NCBI GenBank assembly: GCA_949502025.1
Contig: CATBCG010000046.1
Coordinates: forward strand, 1 to 26,793
Direction of reading: 5' to 3'
DNA: 26,793 bases
DNA from: an uncultured Lachnospiraceae bacterium
Lineage (GTDB): Bacteria; Bacillota; Clostridia; Lachnospirales; Lachnospiraceae
Position 1 is the first letter of the stretch. Each line of letters begins with the position of its first letter. Positions 1-10,927 of the stretch are shown here, in pieces. The translations under genes were made by a program, and so were the position numbers. The notes under the pieces are model-generated. The model saw only the letters and a program-made list of their open reading frames with translations, was not told the DNA's origin and did no database searches.

Positions 1-59
1 AACTTGGATACCCAACATTCACAGAGTTTTATCTGAAAGTATGTGAAAACTAAAGAACC

Positions 60-192
60 GCCGTATACGGAACCGTACGTACGGTGGTGTGGGAGGTCGG
101 TAGATAAAATAATTATCTACCTCCTACCCGATTATCATAGGGAAGTTCCCTGAACTTTCCTATGATATAAAAAATCCCACGGAAAATGGGAT
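60..192. promoter_or_regulatory. Cluster of perfect or near-perfect dyad symmetries just upstream of the rpoB promoter: CCGTATACGG (61-70), ACCGTACGTACGGT (72-85), a hairpin GGTAGATAA/TTATCTACC (91-129), a 13-bp inverted repeat TATCATAGGGAAG/CTTTCCTATGATA (133-167), and ATCCCA/TGGGAT (174-192)
   Basis: Inverted repeats read directly from the sequence. No ORF continues past nt 54 in any + frame, so the region is intergenic. Confidence 0.35.
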
Positions 193-220
193 TGACAAAT
201 TGACAAAAATATGGTAATAT
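192..220 (+). promoter_or_regulatory. Sigma-A type promoter for rpoB: TTGACA (192-197), 17-nt spacer, TGn-TAATAT (212-220)
   Basis: Consensus -35, 17-bp spacing and an extended -10, about 130 nt upstream of the rpoB start. Confidence 0.6.
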
Positions 221-352
221 GAAAAATGCACTATTGTGGTATCTTGTGCTTAAAATCCAATTTAACTGTATTATAACACAAAGTCTCAAAAAAGCAAAGC
301 TTTTTTCAAAAACTTTGTGAAGTAAAAAAAATATCAAGGGGTGAAAACGTCA

Positions 353-3300
353 ATGGAAAAAAACAGAATACGTCCGGTAAAAGCTGGCAACGGCGTAAGA
401 ATGAGTTATTCCAGACAAAAAGAAGTCCTGGAAATGCCCAACCTCATTGAAGTCCAGAAAAACTCCTACGAATGGTTTTTGCGGGAGGGACTCAAGGAGG
501 TTTTTGACGACATTTCCCCAATCGAAGACTACAGCGGGCATTTGAGCCTGGAGTTTGTCGATTTCGTATTGTGCGAGGACGATGTGAAGTATTCGATTGA
601 GGAATGTAAGGAGAGGGACGCGACCTTCGCAGCCCCACTCAAGGTCAAGGTCAGGCTTTACAACAAAGAAAATGACGAAATCAGCGAGCATGATATTTTC
701 ATGGGAGACCTGCCGCTCATGACGGAGACGGGTACGTTTGTGATCAATGGGGCAGAGCGTGTCATTGTAAGTCAGTTAGTACGTTCCCCTGGTATTTATT
801 ATGCTATCAGTCATGACAAGATCGGAAAGCGGCTGTTTTCTTCTACCGTGATTCCAAATCGCGGCGCATGGCTGGAGTACGAAACGGATTCCAACGATAT
901 TTTTTATGTACGGGTAGACCGGAACCGTAAGGTGCCGATTACCGTCTTACTTCGTGCGCTTGGAATCGGGACAAACAACGAAATTCTGGAGATGTTCGGA
1001 GAAGAGCCGAAGATCTTAGCCAGCATTCAGAAGGATACATCAGATAACTACCAGGATGGTCTCCTGGAATTATATAAAAAGCTCCGTCCAGGTGAGCCGC
1101 TTGCAGTAGAGAGCGCAAAGTCCCTGATCGAGAGTATGTTTTTTGATCCGCGCCGCTATGATCTGGCAAAGGTGGGTCGTTACAAATTCAACAAAAAGCT
1201 GGCTTTCCGCAACAGGATTGTCGGATTTCCGTTAGCAGAGGATGTCATTGATACCAATACCGGGGAAATTTTAGCAGAAAAAGGAACCATAGTGACGGAA
1301 GAGCTGGCAAATCAGATCCAATATTTGGCAGTACCGTTTGTCTGGGTACAGGCAGAGGAGCGCAACGTCAAAGTTCTTTCCAATATGATGGTGGATCTGA
1401 ACTGTTTTGTAGACGTAGATAAAAAAGAAGTTGGTGTGACGGAGGATGTTTACTATCCGGCGCTGGCAGCCTTAATGGACGCTTATCCGGAGCCGGAGGA
1501 GTTAAAGGCGGCGATTCGCAGAAGCCTTCATGATTTGATTCCAAAGCACATCACCAAAGAAGATATTTTTGCTTCGATCAATTACAATATGCACTTGGAG
1601 TATGGCATCGGTAATTCCGATGATATCGACCATTTGGGTAATCGTCGTATTCGTGCAGTCGGAGAGCTGCTGCAGAACCAGTATCGTATCGGCTTATCCA
1701 GGATGGAGCGTGTGGTACGGGAGAGAATGACGACGCAGGATTTGAGCGGGGTTTCCCCTCAGTCTCTTATCAATATCAAGCCAGTGACGGCAGCGGTAAA
1801 GGAGTTTTTTGGAAGCTCCCAGCTTTCCCAGTTTATGGATCAGCACAACCCGCTTGGCGAGCTGACACACAAGAGACGTCTGTCTGCCTTAGGTCCTGGC
1901 GGTCTTTCCAGAGATCGTGCCGGTTTTGAGGTGCGTGACGTACACTATTCTCATTATGGTCGTATGTGTCCGATTGAGACGCCGGAAGGTCCGAACATCG
2001 GATTGATTAACTCGTTAGCATGTTATGCGCGGATCAACGAATATGGCTTTGTAGAGGCTCCGTATCGGAAGCTTGATCATACTGATCCGTCAAATCCGCG
2101 GGTTACAGACGATGTGGTGTATCTGACAGCAGACGAAGAGGATAAATTTATCGTAGCGCAGGCAAATGAGCCGTTAGATGAAGCGGGTCATTTTATCAAT
2201 AATAACGTTTCCGGACGTTTCCGTGAAGAGACTTCGCAGTTTGAGAAGCGAAAGGTTGATTTGATGGACGTTTCTCCAAAGATGGTCTTTTCTGTAGCGA
2301 CCGCGATGATTCCGTTCCTGGAGAATGACGATGCAAACCGCGCCCTGATGGGTTCCAACATGCAGCGTCAGGCGGTGCCGCTTTTGCTGACCGAATCCGC
2401 TGTAGTAGGTACTGGTATGGAAGGAAAGGCAGCGGTAGACTCCGGTGTCTGCGTATTGGCGAAAAAGGCTGGTACGGTAGAAAGTTCCTGTGCGGATCGG
2501 ATTGTGATCCGTAATGAGGACGGAAGCCGTTCAGATTATAAATTACTGAAATTTGCACGTAGTAACCAGGGGACTTGTATCAATCAGCGTCCGATTGTCA
2601 ACAAAGGAGATCAGGTAGAAGCCGGACAGGTGATTGCAGACGGTCCGTCTACTTCCGGCGGTGAGCTGGGATTAGGGAAAAACCCGTTGATCGGTTTTAT
2701 GACCTGGGAAGGTTATAACTATGAGGATGCCGTTTTATTAAGTGAACGGCTGGTACAAGAAGATGTTTATACGTCTGTTCATATCGAGGAATATGAAGCA
2801 GAAGCCAGAGATACCAAGCTGGGACCGGAGGAGATTACCAGAGATGTGCCGGGCGTTGGCGACGAAGCGCTAAAGGATTTGGACGAGCGTGGAATTATTC
2901 GGATTGGCGCAGAGGTGCGTGCCGGAGATATTCTGGTGGGAAAGGTAACGCCAAAGGGCGAAACCGAGCTGACCGCAGAGGAACGGCTGCTTCGCGCGAT
3001 TTTTGGAGAAAAGGCGAGAGAGGTACGGGATACCTCCCTGCGCGTGCCGCATGGCGAGTACGGAATTATTGTGGATGCCAAGGTCTTTACCAGAGAGAAC
3101 GGCGACGAGCTGTCTCCGGGTGTCAACCAGAGCGTCCGTGTCTATATTGCACAAAAGAGAAAGATCCAGGTGGGCGATAAGATGGCAGGTCGTCACGGAA
3201 ACAAGGGTGTGGTTTCCCGTGTGCTTCCGGTAGAAGATATGCCGTTCCTGCCAAACGGACGTCCGTTGGATATCGTATTAAACCCGTTGGGCGTGCCGTC

Positions 3301-4177
3301 CCGTATGAATATCGGACAGGTTTTGGAAATTCATTTAAGCCTGGCAGCCAGAGTATTAGGGTTTAAGGTAGCGACTCCGGTATTTGACGGAGCGAACGAG
3401 ATTGATATTATGGATACGTTGGAACTTGCAAACGACTATGTAAACACGCCGTTGGAAGAGTTCCAGGGAAAATATAAAGATATCCTGGCGCCGGAGGTTA
3501 TGGAATATCTGGTAGAAAATCAGGATTACCGGAAGGAATGGGAAGGCGTACCGATTGACAGCACCGGAAAAGTACGGCTGCGTGACGGACGTACCGGAGA
3601 ATATTTTGACGGCGCCGTTACGGTCGGTTTTATGCACTACCTAAAACTCCACCATCTGGTAGACGATAAGATTCACGCCCGTTCCACCGGGCCATATGCG
3701 CTTGTTACGCAGCAGCCACTCGGCGGTAAAGCCCAGTTCGGCGGACAGCGTTTCGGCGAGATGGAGGTTTGGGCGTTGGAAGCCTATGGCGCCGCCTATA
3801 CCTTACAGGAGATCCTGACGGTAAAATCCGACGATGTGGTCGGACGTGTCAAAACTTATGAAGCCATTATCAAAGGTGACAACATCACCGATCCAGGAAT
3901 CCCAGAGTCCTTTAAGGTATTATTAAAGGAACTGCAGTCCCTGGCTTTAGACGTTACCGTCCTCGACGAAAACGGAAATGAAGTTCGTATGACCGAAAAC
4001 ATCGACTACGGCGACGAAGATCTGACGCCGTTGATCGAAGGCGACGACGCGTTCCGCTTTGACAACGCTCCAATGGAAGCCGACGGTTTCCGCTCCGGCA
4101 CCGCGGAGGAACTAGAAGACGACTCGGTAATCAGCGGCTTTGAAGAAGAACTGGATGATTTTGATGATTATGAATAA
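353..4177 (+). CDS. rpoB: DNA-directed RNA polymerase beta subunit. The ORF track begins at GTG 341; ATG 353 is better placed relative to the AAGGGG Shine-Dalgarno. It carries a roughly 100-aa acidic C-terminal tail.
   Basis: Full-length beta-subunit hallmarks (rifampicin-cluster sequence [37 protein letters not shown]-like catalytic regions) and an operon position upstream of rpoC. Confidence 0.97.
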   Translation: MEKNRIRPVKAGNGVRMSYSRQKEVLEMPNLIEVQKNSYEWFLREGLKEVFDDISPIEDYSGHLSLEFVDFVLCEDDVKYSIEECKERDATFAAPLKVKVRLYNKENDEISEHDIFMGDLPLMTETGTFVINGAERVIVSQLVRSPGIYYAISHDKIGKRLFSSTVIPNRGAWLEYETDSNDIFYVRVDRNRKVPITVLLRALGIGTNNEILEMFGEEPKILASIQKDTSDNYQDGLLELYKKLRPGEPLAVESAKSLIESMFFDPRRYDLAKVGRYKFNKKLAFRNRIVGFPLAEDVIDTNTGEILAEKGTIVTEELANQIQYLAVPFVWVQAEERNVKVLSNMMVDLNCFVDVDKKEVGVTEDVYYPALAALMDAYPEPEELKAAIRRSLHDLIPKHITKEDIFASINYNMHLEYGIGNSDDIDHLGNRRIRAVGELLQNQYRIGLSRMERVVRERMTTQDLSGVSPQSLINIKPVTAAVKEFFGSSQLSQFMDQHNPLGELTHKRRLSALGPGGLSRDRAGFEVRDVHYSHYGRMCPIETPEGPNIGLINSLACYARINEYGFVEAPYRKLDHTDPSNPRVTDDVVYLTADEEDKFIVAQANEPLDEAGHFINNNVSGRFREETSQFEKRKVDLMDVSPKMVFSVATAMIPFLENDDANRALMGSNMQRQAVPLLLTESAVVGTGMEGKAAVDSGVCVLAKKAGTVESSCADRIVIRNEDGSRSDYKLLKFARSNQGTCINQRPIVNKGDQVEAGQVIADGPSTSGGELGLGKNPLIGFMTWEGYNYEDAVLLSERLVQEDVYTSVHIEEYEAEARDTKLGPEEITRDVPGVGDEALKDLDERGIIRIGAEVRAGDILVGKVTPKGETELTAEERLLRAIFGEKAREVRDTSLRVPHGEYGIIVDAKVFTRENGDELSPGVNQSVRVYIAQKRKIQVGDKMAGRHGNKGVVSRVLPVEDMPFLPNGRPLDIVLNPLGVPSRMNIGQVLEIHLSLAARVLGFKVATPVFDGANEIDIMDTLELANDYVNTPLEEFQGKYKDILAPEVMEYLVENQDYRKEWEGVPIDSTGKVRLRDGRTGEYFDGAVTVGFMHYLKLHHLVDDKIHARSTGPYALVTQQPLGGKAQFGGQRFGEMEVWALEAYGAAYTLQEILTVKSDDVVGRVKTYEAIIKGDNITDPGIPESFKVLLKELQSLALDVTVLDENGNEVRMTENIDYGDEDLTPLIEGDDAFRFDNAPMEADGFRSGTAEELEDDSVISGFEEELDDFDDYE

Positions 4178-4197
4178 GAAACATGGAAAATAAAACA

Positions 4198-4545
4198 GGA
4201 AAGAAGTTTGCGGAACTCAAAACAGTACTTGCCCGTATCAGGCACAGCTCTGTTTTCGGGCGCGTCTCTTTGCGACCGAAAACAGAGATTAGGAAAGGTG
4301 TCTGAGAAGGGCAAGTACGGAACTCAAAAAACAGTAAACTTCTGTACTAGGTGCAGCACAATTTTCGGGCGCGTCTCTTTGCGACCGAAAATTGTGCTTA
4401 GGTAAGGCGCCTAGGGAAGAAGTTTGCGGAACTTAAAACAGTACTTGCCCGTATCAGGCACAGCTCTGTTTTCGGGCGCGTCTCTTTGCGACCGAAAATA
4501 GAGATTAGGAAAGGTGTCTGAGAAGGGCAAGTACGGAACTCAAAA
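4198..4545. repeat. Three tandem long imperfect palindromic (hairpin) elements of about 108 nt in the rpoB-rpoC spacer. The outer copies (4198-4329, 4414-4545) are about 98% identical. The middle copy (about 4330-4413) is diverged but keeps an identical 30-nt apex, TTTTCGGGCGCGTCTCTTTGCGACCGAAAA.
   Basis: Direct-repeat boundaries GGAACTCAAAACAGTA at 4211, 4319, 4428 and 4535. The stems CTCTGTTTTCGG/CCGAAAACAGAG and CAGGCAC/GTGTCTG in the outer copies are replaced by AGCACAATTTTCGG/CCGAAAATTGTGCT and TAGGTGC/GCGCCTA in the middle copy, which are compensatory changes. Confidence 0.85.
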
Positions 4546-4563
4546 TAAGAAGGGAGAACCGGG

Positions 4564-7500
4564 ATGTCAGAGACAGGAATAGAAAATGTTCAGGAAATGA
4601 CATACGATGCCATTAAGATTGGTCTGGCTTCGCCAGAGAAAATCAGGGAGTGGTCGCACGGTCAGGTTACAAAGCCAGAAACGATCAACTACAGAACCCT
4701 AAAGCCGGAAAAGGACGGGCTGTATTGTGAAAAGATTTTTGGACCAAACAAGGACTGGGAATGTCATTGCGGAAAATATAAGAAAATCCGTTATAAGGGC
4801 GTTGTCTGTGACCGTTGTGGAGTAGAGGTAACGAAATCTGCCGTCCGTCGTGAGCGGATGGGGCATATTGAGTTGGCTGCCCCGGTATCGCACATCTGGT
4901 ATTTCAAGGGGATACCGAGCCGGATGGGACTGATACTGGATTTATCTCCAAGAGTGCTGGAGAAGGTTCTGTATTTTGCGTCTTATGTTGTATTGGATAA
5001 AGGAGATACTGACCTGCAGTATAAGCAGGTTTTAACCGAAAAGGAATATCATGAGGCTTATGATAAATTCGGCAGCCGTTTTCGTGTCGGCATGGGCGCC
5101 GAGTCGATCATGGAGCTGTTAGAGGCGATCGATCTGGAGGCGGAATCAGCCGAGCTAAAAAAGGCACTGAAAGATTCGAGCGGACAGAAGAGAGCGCGTG
5201 TAATCAAGCGTCTGGAGGTAGTAGAGGCGTTTAGAGAGTCCGGAAACCGTCCGGAATGGATGATTTTAACCGTGATTCCGGTGATTCCGCCGGATTTACG
5301 TCCGATGGTACAGTTGGAAGGTGGACGTTTTGCTACTTCTGATATGAACGACTTGTATCGCCGGATTATCAACCGGAACAACCGTTTGAAGAGACTGTTA
5401 GAGCTGGGCGCGCCGGACATTATTGTGCGGAATGAGAAGCGGATGCTCCAGGAGGCAGTGGATGCCTTGATTGACAACGGGCGCAGAGGGCGTCCGGTCA
5501 CGGGACCTGGCAACCGGGCGTTAAAGTCTCTGTCTGATATGTTAAAGGGAAAACAGGGACGTTTCCGTCAGAACTTGCTTGGAAAGCGTGTCGATTATTC
5601 GGGACGTTCCGTTATCGTAGTCGGACCAGATTTAAAGATTTATCAGTGTGGTCTGCCAAAGGAAATGGCAATTGAGCTGTTTAAGCCATTTGTTATGAAG
5701 GAATTGGTTTCCAGAGGAACCGCGCATAATATCAAATCTGCTAAAAAGATGGTAGAACGGCTGCAATCCGAAGTTTGGGATGTATTAGAGGACGTTATCA
5801 AGGAGCATCCGGTGATGTTAAATCGCGCTCCTACTTTGCATAGACTTGGTATTCAGGCATTTGAGCCGGTGTTGGTAGAAGGAAAGGCGATTCGCCTGCA
5901 CCCATTGGTTTGTACTGCGTTTAACGCGGACTTTGACGGCGACCAGATGGCAGTTCATCTTCCGTTGTCGATGGAGGCACAGGCAGAGTGTCGTTTCTTA
6001 TTGCTTTCTCCAAACAACCTGTTAAAGCCGTCAGACGGCGGTGTGGTAGCCGTGCCGTCTCAGGATATGGTACTGGGAATTTATTATCTGACGCTGCAAA
6101 AGCCAGGTGATAAAGGAGAAGGAAAATATTTTAAAAATGTCAATGAAGCAATTTTGGCTTATGAAAACGGAGATATTACCTTACAGGCTATGATTAAAGT
6201 ACGCTGTACAGGTCGTAACGCTGAGGGAGTACGCGAGAGCCGGACGGTAGAATCCACGTTGGGACGTTTTATTTTCAATGAAAATATTCCGCAGGATATG
6301 GGCTTTGTCGATCGTACCAAGGAGGAAAACTTCCTTAAACCGGAAGTCGATTTCCTGGTAAAAAAGAAGGAGCTGAAAAGCATCCTGGAAAAGTGTATGA
6401 ACGCACATGGCGCAACGAGAACTGCCGAGGTTATGGATGCGATCAAATCTCTGGGTTATAAATATTCTACCCGTGCGGCAATGACGGTTTCGATTTCCGA
6501 TATGACCGTGCCGGAGAAGAAAAAGCAGATTTTATCTGATGCCGAAGCGACGGTAGAAACGATTTCCAGGAACTTCCGCCGTGGATTGATGACAGAAGAA
6601 GAGCGTTATAAGGCGGTTATCGAGACCTGGAAGGAAGCCGACGATGAGATTACGGAAGCGCTGTTGTCCGGTTTGGATAAATACAACAATATTTATATGA
6701 TGGCTCACTCCGGCGCCCGTGGATCTGACAAGCAGATCAAGCAGTTAGCGGGAATGCGTGGATTGATGGCAGATACGTCGGGACGTACCATTGAATTGCC
6801 GATTAAGTCAAACTTCCGTGAAGGCTTAGACGTATTGGAATATTTTATTTCGGCACATGGTGCCAGAAAGGGATTGTCCGATACGGCTTTGCGTACGGCT
6901 GACTCCGGATACCTTACCCGTCGTCTGGTTGACGTTTCTCAGGATTTGATTATCCGGGAAACCGACTGCTGTGAGGAAAAAGACGAGATTCCAGGTATGT
7001 GGATCAAAGGCTTTATGGACGGCAAGGAAGAGATCGAAAGCCTGGAAGAGCGGATTACAGGGCGTTTCTCCTGTGAGGATATCTATGACGACGCAGGTGA
7101 GTTGATTGTAAAGAAAAACCATATGATTACGCCGAAACGCGCGGCAAGGATTGTGGCTCGGAAGGAAATGGTGGAAGCCGGCAATCATGCAAAAGTAAAG
7201 ATCCGTACGGTGCTGACCTGTAAATCGCATATCGGAGTGTGTGCAAAGTGTTATGGTTCCAATATGGCGACCGGACAGCCGGTACAGGTAGGCGAAGCAG
7301 TCGGCATCATTGCGGCGCAGTCTATCGGAGAACCGGGTACTCAGTTGACGATGCGTACGTTCCATACAGGCGGTGTAGCGGGAGACGATATTACACAAGG
7401 TCTTCCTCGTGTCGAGGAGCTTTTTGAGGCTAGAAAGCCAAAGGGACTTGCGATTATTGCAAAATTCGGCGGACGGGTGACAATTAAGGATACCAAAAAG

Positions 7501-8274
7501 AAACGCGAAGTTGTCGTCACAAATGATGAAAGCGGCGAGGCAAAGGCGTATCTGATTCCGTATGGTTCCCGAATTAAGGTACAGGATAACCAGGTAATTG
7601 ATGCGGGCGACGAGCTGACCGAAGGTAGTGTCAATCCGCATGATATATTAAAGATCAAAGGTGTCCGTGCCGTACAGGATTATATGATCCAGGAAGTACA
7701 GCGCGTATACCGGTTACAGGGTGTGGAAATCAATGATAAGCATATTGAAATGATTGTCCGCCAGATGTTAAAGAAGGTACGGATTGAAAATAACGGAGAT
7801 ACGGATTATTTGCCGGGAACTCTGGTAGACGTACTGGAATACGAAGAATTAAACGAGCAGCTTTTGGAGGAGGGCTTTGAGCCGGCAGACGGCAAACAGG
7901 TGATGTTGGGAATTACCAAGGCTTCCCTGGCAACCAACTCCTTCCTTTCTGCCGCTTCCTTCCAGGAGACGACCAAGGTTCTGACAGAGGCTGCCATAAA
8001 AGGAAAGATCGATCCGCTGATTGGCTTAAAGGAAAATGTTATCTTAGGAAAGCTGATTCCGGCTGGAACTGGTATGAAGCATTATCGTTCGATTAAACTT
8101 GACAGCGACAAGCTTGAGGAAGAGGAAATGGAAGAATTGGAGCTGATGGAAATCGAAGAAGAACCAGACGAGGATTTTCTTTCCTTAGAGGAGGAAGAGG
8201 AGCTGGACGCTCTGGATGCCATGGTGGAAACAGCCGCTATGGAAGAAGAGTTCGTTTCTTTGACAGAAGAATAA
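4564..8274 (+). CDS. rpoC: DNA-directed RNA polymerase beta' subunit, with an acidic C-terminal tail
   Basis: N-terminal Zn-finger CHCGKYKK...CDRCGVEV, the NADFDGD catalytic motif, 1236 aa, and the RBS AAGGGAGA. Confidence 0.97.
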   Translation: MSETGIENVQEMTYDAIKIGLASPEKIREWSHGQVTKPETINYRTLKPEKDGLYCEKIFGPNKDWECHCGKYKKIRYKGVVCDRCGVEVTKSAVRRERMGHIELAAPVSHIWYFKGIPSRMGLILDLSPRVLEKVLYFASYVVLDKGDTDLQYKQVLTEKEYHEAYDKFGSRFRVGMGAESIMELLEAIDLEAESAELKKALKDSSGQKRARVIKRLEVVEAFRESGNRPEWMILTVIPVIPPDLRPMVQLEGGRFATSDMNDLYRRIINRNNRLKRLLELGAPDIIVRNEKRMLQEAVDALIDNGRRGRPVTGPGNRALKSLSDMLKGKQGRFRQNLLGKRVDYSGRSVIVVGPDLKIYQCGLPKEMAIELFKPFVMKELVSRGTAHNIKSAKKMVERLQSEVWDVLEDVIKEHPVMLNRAPTLHRLGIQAFEPVLVEGKAIRLHPLVCTAFNADFDGDQMAVHLPLSMEAQAECRFLLLSPNNLLKPSDGGVVAVPSQDMVLGIYYLTLQKPGDKGEGKYFKNVNEAILAYENGDITLQAMIKVRCTGRNAEGVRESRTVESTLGRFIFNENIPQDMGFVDRTKEENFLKPEVDFLVKKKELKSILEKCMNAHGATRTAEVMDAIKSLGYKYSTRAAMTVSISDMTVPEKKKQILSDAEATVETISRNFRRGLMTEEERYKAVIETWKEADDEITEALLSGLDKYNNIYMMAHSGARGSDKQIKQLAGMRGLMADTSGRTIELPIKSNFREGLDVLEYFISAHGARKGLSDTALRTADSGYLTRRLVDVSQDLIIRETDCCEEKDEIPGMWIKGFMDGKEEIESLEERITGRFSCEDIYDDAGELIVKKNHMITPKRAARIVARKEMVEAGNHAKVKIRTVLTCKSHIGVCAKCYGSNMATGQPVQVGEAVGIIAAQSIGEPGTQLTMRTFHTGGVAGDDITQGLPRVEELFEARKPKGLAIIAKFGGRVTIKDTKKKREVVVTNDESGEAKAYLIPYGSRIKVQDNQVIDAGDELTEGSVNPHDILKIKGVRAVQDYMIQEVQRVYRLQGVEINDKHIEMIVRQMLKKVRIENNGDTDYLPGTLVDVLEYEELNEQLLEEGFEPADGKQVMLGITKASLATNSFLSAASFQETTKVLTEAAIKGKIDPLIGLKENVILGKLIPAGTGMKHYRSIKLDSDKLEEEEMEELELMEIEEEPDEDFLSLEEEEELDALDAMVETAAMEEEFVSLTEE

Positions 8275-8296
8275 TTTAGAAACAGAAGGTTGTACA

Positions 8297-8330
8297 GGGC
8301 GGCACGGCGGGAAGCTGTGCCGCCTCGTTG
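8297..8330 (+). terminator. GC-rich hairpin (GGGCGGCAC / GTGCCGCC) after rpoC with a poor U-tract. Possibly a partial terminator or an RNA processing site.
   Basis: An 8-9 bp GC stem read from the sequence. It is followed by TCGTTGTAT, which is not U-rich. Confidence 0.35.
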
Positions 8331-8350
8331 TATCATAAGGAGAAAACATA

Positions 8351-9310
8351 ATGAAGATCGTTGTATTGGAACGAAACAGTGTAGGAACAGATGTGGATAT
8401 TTCCTGCTATGAGAAGCTAGGAGAAGTAACCGTGTATCCGAATACCGTAGCGGCAAACACTGCGGAGAGGGTAAAGGACGCTGATATTATCATTGCCAAT
8501 AAGGCGCCGTTAAACCGGGAAACGCTGGCAGAGGCAGAGCAGGTAAAGCTGATTTGTGAGTTTGCTACCGGATATGACAACATTGATTTGGAATATTGTC
8601 GGGAAAAAGGGATTGCCGTAGCGAATGTGGTGGATTATTCTACAGCGGCAGTTGCCCAGCACACGTTTGCCCTGACTCTTTATCTTTTGGAAAAACTGCG
8701 GCATTACGATGAATATGTAAAATCAGGAGCATATGCAGCGCAGGAACGTTTTTCTAATTTTGATTTGGCTTATACGGAGCTGGAGGGAAAGACCTGGGGA
8801 ATCGTAGGGATGGGACATATCGGGAAGCGGGTGGCAAAAATCGCGGAAGCCTTTGGTTGTCGGATTTTGTTTTATTCTGCTTCTGGGAACAGTACTTGTA
8901 CGAAATATCAGCGGGTAGATCTGGAAACGCTTTGCCGGGAGAGCGACTTTTTATCCCTGCATTGCCCGTTGACGGACAGAACGCATCATTTGATCAATGC
9001 CGACGCGCTACGGCAGATGAAACCGCAGGCAATTTTAATCAATGTAGCGCGCGGCGGAGTCGTTGATACACAGGCGCTTTATCAGGCTCTGACGGAAGGC
9101 TGGATTGCCGGAGCCGGACTGGATGTTTTAGAGCAGGAGCCGATCGCTGGGGGCAATCCGTTAGGAACGATTCAGGACAGCAGCCGTTTGATCATTACGC
9201 CTCATTTGGCATGGGCGAGTACAGAGGCAAGAGAACGAGTAGTGGCTGAGGTGTATCAGAATATTCAGGCATTTTTAGCAGGGGAGAAAAGAAACCTGGT
9301 AAATTTCTAA
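8351..9310 (+). CDS. D-isomer-specific 2-hydroxyacid dehydrogenase (glycerate dehydrogenase/hydroxypyruvate reductase-like), NAD-binding
   Basis: Rossmann motif GIVGMGHIGKRV, and the conserved INVARG and TPHLAW catalytic regions of the 2-Hacid_dh family. RBS AAGGAGA. Confidence 0.9.
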   Translation: MKIVVLERNSVGTDVDISCYEKLGEVTVYPNTVAANTAERVKDADIIIANKAPLNRETLAEAEQVKLICEFATGYDNIDLEYCREKGIAVANVVDYSTAAVAQHTFALTLYLLEKLRHYDEYVKSGAYAAQERFSNFDLAYTELEGKTWGIVGMGHIGKRVAKIAEAFGCRILFYSASGNSTCTKYQRVDLETLCRESDFLSLHCPLTDRTHHLINADALRQMKPQAILINVARGGVVDTQALYQALTEGWIAGAGLDVLEQEPIAGGNPLGTIQDSSRLIITPHLAWASTEARERVVAEVYQNIQAFLAGEKRNLVNF

Positions 9311-9330
9311 TTTTTTCACGTTCTTTTAAC

Positions 9331-9359
9331 TTGTATGCGAAAGGCAAATATGGTAAGAT
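9331..9359 (+). promoter_or_regulatory. Candidate sigma-A promoter for the xpaC-telA pair: TTGTAT, 17 nt, TGg-TAAGAT
   Basis: -35-like and extended -10-like hexamers with 17-bp spacing. No terminator lies between the dehydrogenase and this site. Confidence 0.35.
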
Positions 9360-9437
9360 AGAATCTGTACAGACGGAAAGCGAGAAGCAGCAAGCCGATT
9401 TGTCTGAATTGTTTTATAGCAAAGAAGGGAATCGTAT

Positions 9438-10850
9438 ATGGGAAGGAATGAATTTGCCAATCTGGGAGACGAGATCAAAGACGCCGTGCAGTCGGCTATC
9501 AACAAAGGGGATTTTGCTAAATTAAGGGCAGAAATCGGAGATTCGGTGAATCAGGCGTTTGACGAAATAAAACAGTCGCTTCAGGGAACTTGGAATGACA
9601 GCAATGTAAAGCAGCCAGGAAGCAAACAAAATGAAAATCAGGAAAGACAGAGTGGACAAGCTGGGCAAAACGGACAAGCCGCTCAAAACTACCGGAGAGA
9701 ACCAGCCAGGCAGCCTGGTCAGGCGGCGCGGCAAAACCAGGCGAGGAGAGCCTACTCTCAGGCAGCCCGCCCTGCCGGTACTGCCGGCAGAAGGATGTCC
9801 GACCAGGGAAGAAGCGGCGTACGTTCCGGGACAGAGGTAGAGCGGGTAAGCGGAACGATAGTAAACGCACGGAAGTCAAATCTTCCGGCATTGCCCGTAC
9901 GTCCGGTAGGAAAGGTAGGAGGAATCCTTTTTACGATATTCGGTTCGATTCTGTTAGGCTTAGGGCTGTTGGGTCTGATGCTTTTTACCAGTCTGGGACT
10001 GGTGACGGGAGGCGGGGATTCGCTATATTTTTTGGCAATCTTTTTAGGACTGCCGACAGCCGCTGCAGGAGCGTTGATGTTAAGCGCGGGACGTCTAAAA
10101 GCCAGGCGTCTTTCCCGGATGAACCATTATGTCAAACTGATTGGCACAAAAGGATATTGCGATATCAAGGAGCTGGCTTTAAAAAGCGGGCGTTCCGTTC
10201 GTTATATGATCAAAGATTTAAGACGGATGATTCGGCTTGGGATGTTTCCGGAAGGGCATTTGGACGATAAAAAAACCTGTTTTATGTTAGATAATAAAAC
10301 GCATCAGCTCTATTTGGAAATGATGCAGGCACAGGGAAAGGTGCAGGAGGAAGCGCCGTCCCAGGAGGAAAAACCGGAAGAAACCGAAGAGGATGCAAAA
10401 CAGGCGGCAGCGAGAAAAGTAGTAGAAGAAGGAAACGCTTATATCCAGCAGATCCGCCAGGCAAATGCAGCGATTCGAGGAGAGGAGATTTCGGCAAAAT
10501 TAGACAGGCTCAGTATGATAATGGATAAAATATTCCTACATATCGAAAGGCATCCGGAAGAGGTAGAGGAACTGCATCGGTTTATGGAATATTATCTTCC
10601 GACGACGCTCAAGCTGGTCAATGCGTACCAGGAATTTGACGCCCAGCCGGTACAGGGAGCAAATATCACAACAGCCAAACGGGAAATTGAGGAGACGTTA
10701 GATACGATCAATCAGGCGTTTGAACGGTTGTTTGACAATTTTTATGCAGATGCAGCGATGGATATTTCAACGGATATTGACGTGTTGGAAACGATGCTTG
10801 CACAGGAAGGGCTGACCGGGCATTCTTTTGAGGAAAAGAAAGAAGCGTAA
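9438..10850 (+). CDS. Membrane protein with two TM helices and a C-terminal XpaC-like domain (5-bromo-4-chloroindolyl phosphate hydrolysis protein family), preceded by a Q/R/G-rich N-terminal extension of about 150 aa
   Basis: Two hydrophobic helices (ILFTIFGSILLGLGLLGLMLF and YFLAIFLGLPTAAAGALML), a C-terminal domain I recognise as XpaC-like, and a position immediately upstream of a telA/yaaN homolog, as in Bacillus xpaC-yaaN. Confidence 0.6.
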   Translation: MGRNEFANLGDEIKDAVQSAINKGDFAKLRAEIGDSVNQAFDEIKQSLQGTWNDSNVKQPGSKQNENQERQSGQAGQNGQAAQNYRREPARQPGQAARQNQARRAYSQAARPAGTAGRRMSDQGRSGVRSGTEVERVSGTIVNARKSNLPALPVRPVGKVGGILFTIFGSILLGLGLLGLMLFTSLGLVTGGGDSLYFLAIFLGLPTAAAGALMLSAGRLKARRLSRMNHYVKLIGTKGYCDIKELALKSGRSVRYMIKDLRRMIRLGMFPEGHLDDKKTCFMLDNKTHQLYLEMMQAQGKVQEEAPSQEEKPEETEEDAKQAAARKVVEEGNAYIQQIRQANAAIRGEEISAKLDRLSMIMDKIFLHIERHPEEVEELHRFMEYYLPTTLKLVNAYQEFDAQPVQGANITTAKREIEETLDTINQAFERLFDNFYADAAMDISTDIDVLETMLAQEGLTGHSFEEKKEA

Positions 10851-10927
10851 GGGAACCGGCTATTTTAACAGGATGCAAATGAGAGAGTGGAGAAAATAAC
10901 GGAGAATAGGATGGGAGGAATTTAGAA

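Noticed and set aside
1860-1960. RpoB rifampicin-cluster residues differ from E. coli (H at the 518-equivalent position, G at the 522-equivalent)
   Set aside because: These positions vary naturally among Firmicutes. I cannot separate a resistance allele from lineage background without an alignment.
4208-4405. 65-aa ORF inside the rpoB-rpoC tandem hairpin repeats
   Set aside because: It runs across the palindromic repeat units and has no RBS. It is an artefact of repeat sequence rather than a gene.
4198-4545. Possible CRISPR array, because the repeats are regular
   Set aside because: The units are about 108 nt long, internally palindromic, adjacent without unique spacers, and imperfect. This is not a CRISPR repeat-spacer architecture.
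6826-7641. 271-aa minus-strand ORF antisense to rpoC, and similar antisense ORFs at 5058-5513, 2196-2558, 22010-22945 and 21254-21832
   Set aside because: They are antisense to highly conserved essential genes and have no RBS. They are typical spurious ORFs in GC-balanced coding DNA.
9331-9525. 64-aa ORF overlapping the xpaC-like start
   Set aside because: It overlaps the predicted promoter and RBS of the 470-aa gene and has no signal of its own.
9935-9960. tRNA T-arm-like GGTTCGATTC
   Set aside because: It lies inside the xpaC-like coding sequence with no acceptor or anticodon arms around it. It is a chance match.
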